A stretch of DNA of 64,000 nt from Longimicrobiales bacterium (GTDB lineage Bacteria; Gemmatimonadota; Gemmatimonadetes; Longimicrobiales; Gaopeijiaceae). The translations under genes and the position numbers were made by a program. Of this stretch, positions 59,068-64,000 are shown piece by piece. The stretch covers positions 4,128,001 to 4,192,000 of the forward strand of contig OZ220732.1 in assembly GCA_965116905.1 (NCBI GenBank). Reading direction: 5' to 3'. How positions within the stretch are numbered: the first letter of the stretch is position 1; each line of letters opens with the position of its first letter. The notes beneath the pieces are model-generated. The model ran no database searches and had not been told where the DNA came from. It was given only the letters and a program-made list of their open reading frames with translations.

Positions 59068-61032
59068 ATGCCGCGAACGAGATCGAAGACGAAGCTCTCC
59101 AGGCTCCTCTCCAGGCTCCTTCCCCGTTTGCTCCCGGCCCTCGTCCTGGCAGCATCCGCCGGCGCCTGTACGTCGGCCGATGCTCCATCCCACGGAACCG
59201 GCGACTGGCCCGCGTACGGACGCGACGCGGGCGGCACCAGGTTCTCGCCGCTCGACCGGATCACTACGGAAAACGTCGGCGCCCTCGAGGTCGCGTGGCA
59301 GTGGGAGACGGACGAGGTGCCCATCGCGGGTCCGGTCGCTCCGATTCGGGGTCAGCAGGTGCGGCCCGGCAACTTCGAGACGACCCCGGTCGCCTACAAC
59401 GACACGCTCTACTTCACGACTCCGTACAACCGCGTGATCGCGCTGGACGGCAGCACCGGCGAGACGATCTGGGACTACGACCCCCGCACCGTCGAGTGGG
59501 GGCAGCCCCCGAACGGGACGGGCTTCGTGCACCGCGGGGTCGCGGTGTGGAACGGGCGCGCGGGACGCCGCGTTTTCCTCAACACGCGCTGGCGGCTGAT
59601 CGCGCTGGACGGAGCCACCGGCGAGCCTGTCGAGTCCTTCGGGCACCGGGGCGAGATCGACCTTACCGAGAATCTCCTCTGGCGCACGAACCGGCTCCAT
59701 TACACGCAGACGTCGCCGCCGGTCGTCTTCGAGGACCTGCTGATCATCGGCAACGGCGTCTGGGACGGCTTCGTCTACCCGCGCGACCCGCCCGGCAACA
59801 TTCAGGCGTTCGACGTTCACACCGGCGAGCTGATCTGGTCCTTCAACCTGATTCCGCAGCCCGGCGAAGCGGGGAACGAGACCTGGGAGGACGGCAGCTG
59901 GGACTACACGGGTCATACCAACGCCTGGGCGCCGATGGTAGTGGACGAGGAGCGGGGGCTGCTCTTCGCCGGGATCGGGACGCCGTCCAACGACTACTAC
60001 GGCGGCCACCGGAAGGGCGACAACCTCTACGCGGAGGCGCTGGTCGCGCTCGACGCCCGCAGCGGCACGCTGGCGTGGCACTACCAGACGGTGCACCACG
60101 GGCTGTGGGACTTCGACCTTCCCGGCGCGCCGGTACTCTTGACGATCGAGCCGGACGGCGCGCCGCTCGACGCGGTGGCGGTGGCCGGCAAGACCGGCTT
60201 CGTGTACACCTTCGACCGCGATACCGGTGAACCCGTCTGGCCCATCGAGGAGCGCCCCGTGCCGGCGAGCGACGTGCCCGGCGAGGTCGCCGCCGCCACG
60301 CAACCCTTCCCTACCCGTCCGCCCCCGTTCGCCCGGCAGGGATTCACGCGCGACGACCTGATCGACCTCACCCCCGAGTTGCGCAGCCAGGCGGAAGCCC
60401 TGACCGCGGGATACCGGTTCGGCCCCCTCTTCGAACCGCCGTCCCTGGAGGGCACGATCACGATGCCGGGCATTCTCGGGGGCGGAAACTGGGGCGGCGC
60501 GGCCTTCGATCCCGGCACGGGCGTCCTCTTCGTCAAGTCGTCGGAAGACCCGAGCCTGCTGACGATCGGGCCGGCCGATCCCGAGACCACGGTCGCCGAC
60601 TACGCCATCGACCGGGGCGCGCCCCGCACCCTGCGGATCGGCAACGTCCCCATCACCAACCCGCCGTGGGGCACGCTGACCGCCATCGACATGAACGCCG
60701 GCGAGATCCTCTGGCAGGAGGCAGTGGGCGAGCGGCCCGAGGTACGGAGCGACCCGGCGCTGGCGGGGGTGGCGTTGCCGGCGCGGCTCGGCGTTGTCGG
60801 TCCGCCCGGCCCCTTTGCGACGGCCGGCGGGCTCGTGTTCCTCACCGGAGGATCGGACGTGCTGTACGCGTTCGACGCAGCCGGCGGCGAGGTGCTGTGG
60901 GAGGGCCGGCTGCCGGCACGTGGCTACGCGAACCCGATGACCTTCCGTACGCGGCAGGGGCGTCAACTCGTGGTGATCGCGACCGGTGGCCCCGAGGGCG
61001 GCACGCTGATCGCGTTCGGTCTGCCGGAGTAG
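59068..61032 (+). CDS. PQQ-dependent dehydrogenase (quinoprotein glucose dehydrogenase-like)
   Basis: DWPAYG, RFSPL, HRGVA, TSPP, WHYQTVHHGLWDFD, GGGNWGG, PPWG, ANPMT. Confidence 0.9.
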   Translation: MPRTRSKTKLSRLLSRLLPRLLPALVLAASAGACTSADAPSHGTGDWPAYGRDAGGTRFSPLDRITTENVGALEVAWQWETDEVPIAGPVAPIRGQQVRPGNFETTPVAYNDTLYFTTPYNRVIALDGSTGETIWDYDPRTVEWGQPPNGTGFVHRGVAVWNGRAGRRVFLNTRWRLIALDGATGEPVESFGHRGEIDLTENLLWRTNRLHYTQTSPPVVFEDLLIIGNGVWDGFVYPRDPPGNIQAFDVHTGELIWSFNLIPQPGEAGNETWEDGSWDYTGHTNAWAPMVVDEERGLLFAGIGTPSNDYYGGHRKGDNLYAEALVALDARSGTLAWHYQTVHHGLWDFDLPGAPVLLTIEPDGAPLDAVAVAGKTGFVYTFDRDTGEPVWPIEERPVPASDVPGEVAAATQPFPTRPPPFARQGFTRDDLIDLTPELRSQAEALTAGYRFGPLFEPPSLEGTITMPGILGGGNWGGAAFDPGTGVLFVKSSEDPSLLTIGPADPETTVADYAIDRGAPRTLRIGNVPITNPPWGTLTAIDMNAGEILWQEAVGERPEVRSDPALAGVALPARLGVVGPPGPFATAGGLVFLTGGSDVLYAFDAAGGEVLWEGRLPARGYANPMTFRTRQGRQLVVIATGGPEGGTLIAFGLPE

Positions 61033-61038
61033 CGCGCG

Positions 61039-62280
61039 ATGGTCGGGGTCAGGCACCGCACGAAGGCCGGGTTCGCGGCGGGAGCGCGGCTGGCGGCCTG
61101 TGGACTGCTCGCCCTGACCGTCCCGGGCTGCGGGGGCGACACGGCGGTCTCCGCGCCGGATGTCGCCACGGTCGATATCGAGCCCGCGGAGATGCTGCTG
61201 GTCGGCGTGGGCGACGGCGCGAGCTTCACCGCGACCGCGCGCGACGCCGACGGCTTCTTCGTCGCGGCCACCGCCGAGTGGTCGATCGACAGGCCCGCGG
61301 TCGCGACCATGTCGGAGGCCGGCTTCGCCTCGGCGATCTCCGCCGGCACCGCGACCGTCACCGCCACGATCGGCGGGGTGAGCGCCACGGCCCGGCTCGA
61401 GGTCTACGTTCCCGCGAGGATCGGTCACTACACGGTCGGCCAGAGCTACTACGGCCGCCGGGACTACGTGGAGTACATACCGGGCACCCTGCCCGTGATC
61501 CTGTCATCGTCGCACGGCGGCGCCATGACGCCGACCGAGATCCCCGACCGGAGCTACGGTGTCGTTCGCAATGACCTGAACTCGCTCGAGCTGACCGTGG
61601 CCATGCGCCAGGCGCTGATCGACCTGACGGGCCAGGCTCCGCACGTCATTTACTCCCACCTGCACCGCAGCAAGCTCGACGCCAACCGCGAGATCGTCGA
61701 GGCGGCCCAGGACAACCCGTATGCCGAGCAGGCGTGGGAGGAGTTCCACGACTGGATCATGGTCGCACGGACCGCCGTCGCCGCGGACTACGGCAAGGGC
61801 ATGTACTTCGATATTCATGGTCACGGCCACGACATCGAGCGCCTCGAACTCGGCTACCTCCTGACCTCGGAGGAACTGAACCGGCCCGACATCGCCCTCA
61901 ACTCGCTCGCGGTGGTCGCCGAGACGAGCATCCGGGATCTGGGCCGCACCTCTCCGATCCCGTTTTCGCAGCTGCTGCGCGGACCGAAGTCGCTGGGGGG
62001 TCTTTTCGCGGAGGAGGACATCCCGTCGGTGCCCAGTCCCACCGACCCCGGGCCCGGCGATGCCCCGTATTTCCGCGGGGGATACAACACGCGCGAGTAC
62101 GGCTCGTTCCAGGACGCCGAAGTGGTCAGCGGCATTCAGATCGAGCATCACTACCGCGGCGTGCGCGACACCCCCGACAACCGGTTCGTCTACGCGGCCA
62201 GGGCCGCAGGGGTCATCCGGGATTTCATGCTCGAGCACTACGGGTTCTTCGAGACGGGAGGCGTGGCGCCGGCACGGTGA
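61039..62280 (+). CDS. Lipoprotein with a Big_2 domain plus an N-formylglutamate-amidohydrolase-like domain
   Basis: Lipobox VPGC; PVILSSSHGG, LHRSKLDANRE, FH, DIHGH, YFRGGYNT, IQIE. Confidence 0.75.
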   Translation: MVGVRHRTKAGFAAGARLAACGLLALTVPGCGGDTAVSAPDVATVDIEPAEMLLVGVGDGASFTATARDADGFFVAATAEWSIDRPAVATMSEAGFASAISAGTATVTATIGGVSATARLEVYVPARIGHYTVGQSYYGRRDYVEYIPGTLPVILSSSHGGAMTPTEIPDRSYGVVRNDLNSLELTVAMRQALIDLTGQAPHVIYSHLHRSKLDANREIVEAAQDNPYAEQAWEEFHDWIMVARTAVAADYGKGMYFDIHGHGHDIERLELGYLLTSEELNRPDIALNSLAVVAETSIRDLGRTSPIPFSQLLRGPKSLGGLFAEEDIPSVPSPTDPGPGDAPYFRGGYNTREYGSFQDAEVVSGIQIEHHYRGVRDTPDNRFVYAARAAGVIRDFMLEHYGFFETGGVAPAR

Positions 62281-62284
62281 CGCG

Positions 62285-62310
62285 GCAACCTTTCCCGGTC
62301 CATGGTGTCC
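62285..62310 (+). promoter_or_regulatory. Putative ECF-sigma promoter
   Basis: GCAACC-N16-GTCC ~45 bp upstream of the vWA gene. Confidence 0.35.
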
Positions 62311-62352
62311 TACTTAACAGAGCCCGTGCCCCAGGTACCAAAGGTCCGACCG

Positions 62353-64000
62353 ATGCGATCCTTGATAGCCGCCGCCCGAAAACCGTACGCCGCAGTCGTC
62401 ACCGCACTCGCGTTGGGGCTCGTACCGCCTGCCGCCCATGCGCAGACGGGCGGCATCGTGGGACAGGTCACTGAAGCGAGCACCGGACAGCCGCTCTCGG
62501 GTGCCCGGGTGGCGGTGGAGGGAACCGGGCATCTGACCCTGACCAACGATGCCGGACGTTACATGCTGGAGGGTGTGCCCGCCGGCGAGCGAACCGTGAC
62601 GGTCGAATTGTTCAGCTACGCGCCCCAGCGAATGCAGGTGACGGTCTCAGCGGGCCAGACGACCGTGCTCAACCTCGTGCTGAGGCCGCAAGCGGTGGAG
62701 CTGGACGAACTCAGAATCAGGACGGGACAGCCCCGGGCCGAGGCGCTGGAGCGCGCGCGGACCGACCCGTCGGTGGTGGCCGTCCAGTTCGCCAGGGCTC
62801 TGGACTTCAACACGGAATCGTACGCGCACATCGAGGAAAACGACTTCCGCCTCGTCAGCGCGTCTCCGCTGTCCACCTTCTCGATCGATGTCGACCGTGC
62901 GTCCTACGCGAACATCCGCCGCTTCATCCAGGCCGGCGACCGGCCGCCGATCGACGCGGTGCGCATCGAGGAGATGATCAACTACTTCCCCTACGACTGG
63001 GGCAACGTGACGGGTGATCATCCCTTCTCGGTAACCACCGAGGTGTGGGAGGCCCCCTGGAAGCGCGACCACCGGCTGGTCCGCATCGGTCTGCACGCCG
63101 AGTCGATCGACACCGCGGACCTGCCGCCCGGCAACCTCGTTTTCCTGCTCGACGTCTCCGGCTCGATGACGCCGCCGGACAAGCTGCCGCTGCTCAAGAA
63201 GGCGTTCGGGCTGCTGGTGGATCAGCTGCGGCCGGTGGACCGGGTCGCGATCGTGGTGTATGCGGGCGCGGCGGGACTCGTTCTGCCGTCGACCCCCGGC
63301 GATCGGAAGGGCGAGATCCTGGCAGCGCTGGACGATCTGCAGGCAGGCGGCAGCACCGCGGGTGGGGCCGGGCTCAGGCTGGCATACGACGTGGCGCGCA
63401 AGCACCACATCGACGGTGGGAACAACAGGGTGATACTCGCGACGGACGGCGACTTCAACGTCGGCGCGTCGAGCGACGCCGAGATGGTACGCCTGATCGA
63501 GACGGAGCGTGAGAGCGGCACCTTCCTCACGGTTCTCGGGTTCGGCACGGGCAATCTCAAGGACTCGAAGATGGAGCAGATCGCCGACCACGGGAACGGC
63601 AACTTCCACTATGTGGACGGGCTGCTCGAGGCCCGCAAGGTGCTTGTGGAGGAGATGGGAGGGACGCTACTGACCCTCGCGAAGGACGTGAAGCTCCAGA
63701 TCGAGTTCAACCCGGCCCGGGCGGCCGGGTACCGGCTGATCGGCTACGAGAATCGCCTGCTTGCCGACGAGGATTTCAACGACGATACAAAGGACGCGGG
63801 CGAACTGGGGGCCGGGCACACGGTCACGGCGCTCTACGAGGTCGTGCCCGCGGGGGTCGAGGTGCCGCGGGGCGATGTCGATGCCCTGCGATACCAGCCG
63901 CAGCCCGACGACCCGCCGCTATCCGATTTCGACGACGAACTGATGTACGTGAAGGTGCGCTACAAGGACCCCGACGGCACGCTGAGCAAGCTCCTGCAGC
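62353..64000 (+). CDS. YfbK-like vWA protein with an N-terminal carboxypeptidase-regulatory-like domain (runs off window end)
   Basis: Absent from the ORF track (no stop in window). Manual translation gives STFSIDVDRASY, RIEEMINYF, FLLDVSGSM, NRVILATDGDFNVG, KDVKLQIEFNP, YRLIGYENR. Confidence 0.9.
   Translation, partial: MRSLIAAARKPYAAVVTALALGLVPPAAHAQTGGIVGQVTEASTGQPLSGARVAVEGTGHLTLTNDAGRYMLEGVPAGERTVTVELFSYAPQRMQVTVSAGQTTVLNLVLRPQAVELDELRIRTGQPRAEALERARTDPSVVAVQFARALDFNTESYAHIEENDFRLVSASPLSTFSIDVDRASYANIRRFIQAGDRPPIDAVRIEEMINYFPYDWGNVTGDHPFSVTTEVWEAPWKRDHRLVRIGLHAESIDTADLPPGNLVFLLDVSGSMTPPDKLPLLKKAFGLLVDQLRPVDRVAIVVYAGAAGLVLPSTPGDRKGEILAALDDLQAGGSTAGGAGLRLAYDVARKHHIDGGNNRVILATDGDFNVGASSDAEMVRLIETERESGTFLTVLGFGTGNLKDSKMEQIADHGNGNFHYVDGLLEARKVLVEEMGGTLLTLAKDVKLQIEFNPARAAGYRLIGYENRLLADEDFNDDTKDAGELGAGHTVTALYEVVPAGVEVPRGDVDALRYQPQPDDPPLSDFDDELMYVKVRYKDPDGTLSKLLQ

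Overview
GC-rich, gene-dense bacterial window. Gene content (DUF1592/DUF1552 cluster, many Big_2 lipoproteins, sortilin-like beta-propeller, PQQ dehydrogenases, many secreted peptidases) resembles Gemmatimonadota, possibly host/sponge-associated (inference only). About 50 CDS can be supported. The core block at ~12.3-35 kb holds tRNA-Ile, PTPS, 6S RNA, fumC, trxB, mlaEFD, rho, DAK2-DegV and thyX; accessory regions lie on both sides. Most notable: (1) a DUF222-HNH endonuclease gene bracketed by a 37-bp, 34/37-identical inverted repeat with a possibly structured leader, a candidate undescribed HNH-based mobile or repeat-associated element; (2) a 193-aa mini-intein in the ThyX active-site motif; (3) a ~180-bp palindromic MITE-like element with a solo end 4.9 kb away; (4) an ankyrin-NHL fusion in a cytochrome c/DUF1552 operon; (5) a GGT-like protein with Ser at the nucleophile position; (6) a hipA remnant lacking its kinase core among several TA modules; (7) many short tandem duplications at gene ends. 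No CRISPR array, rRNA or prophage was seen. All functional calls come from motif recognition; no database search was run.
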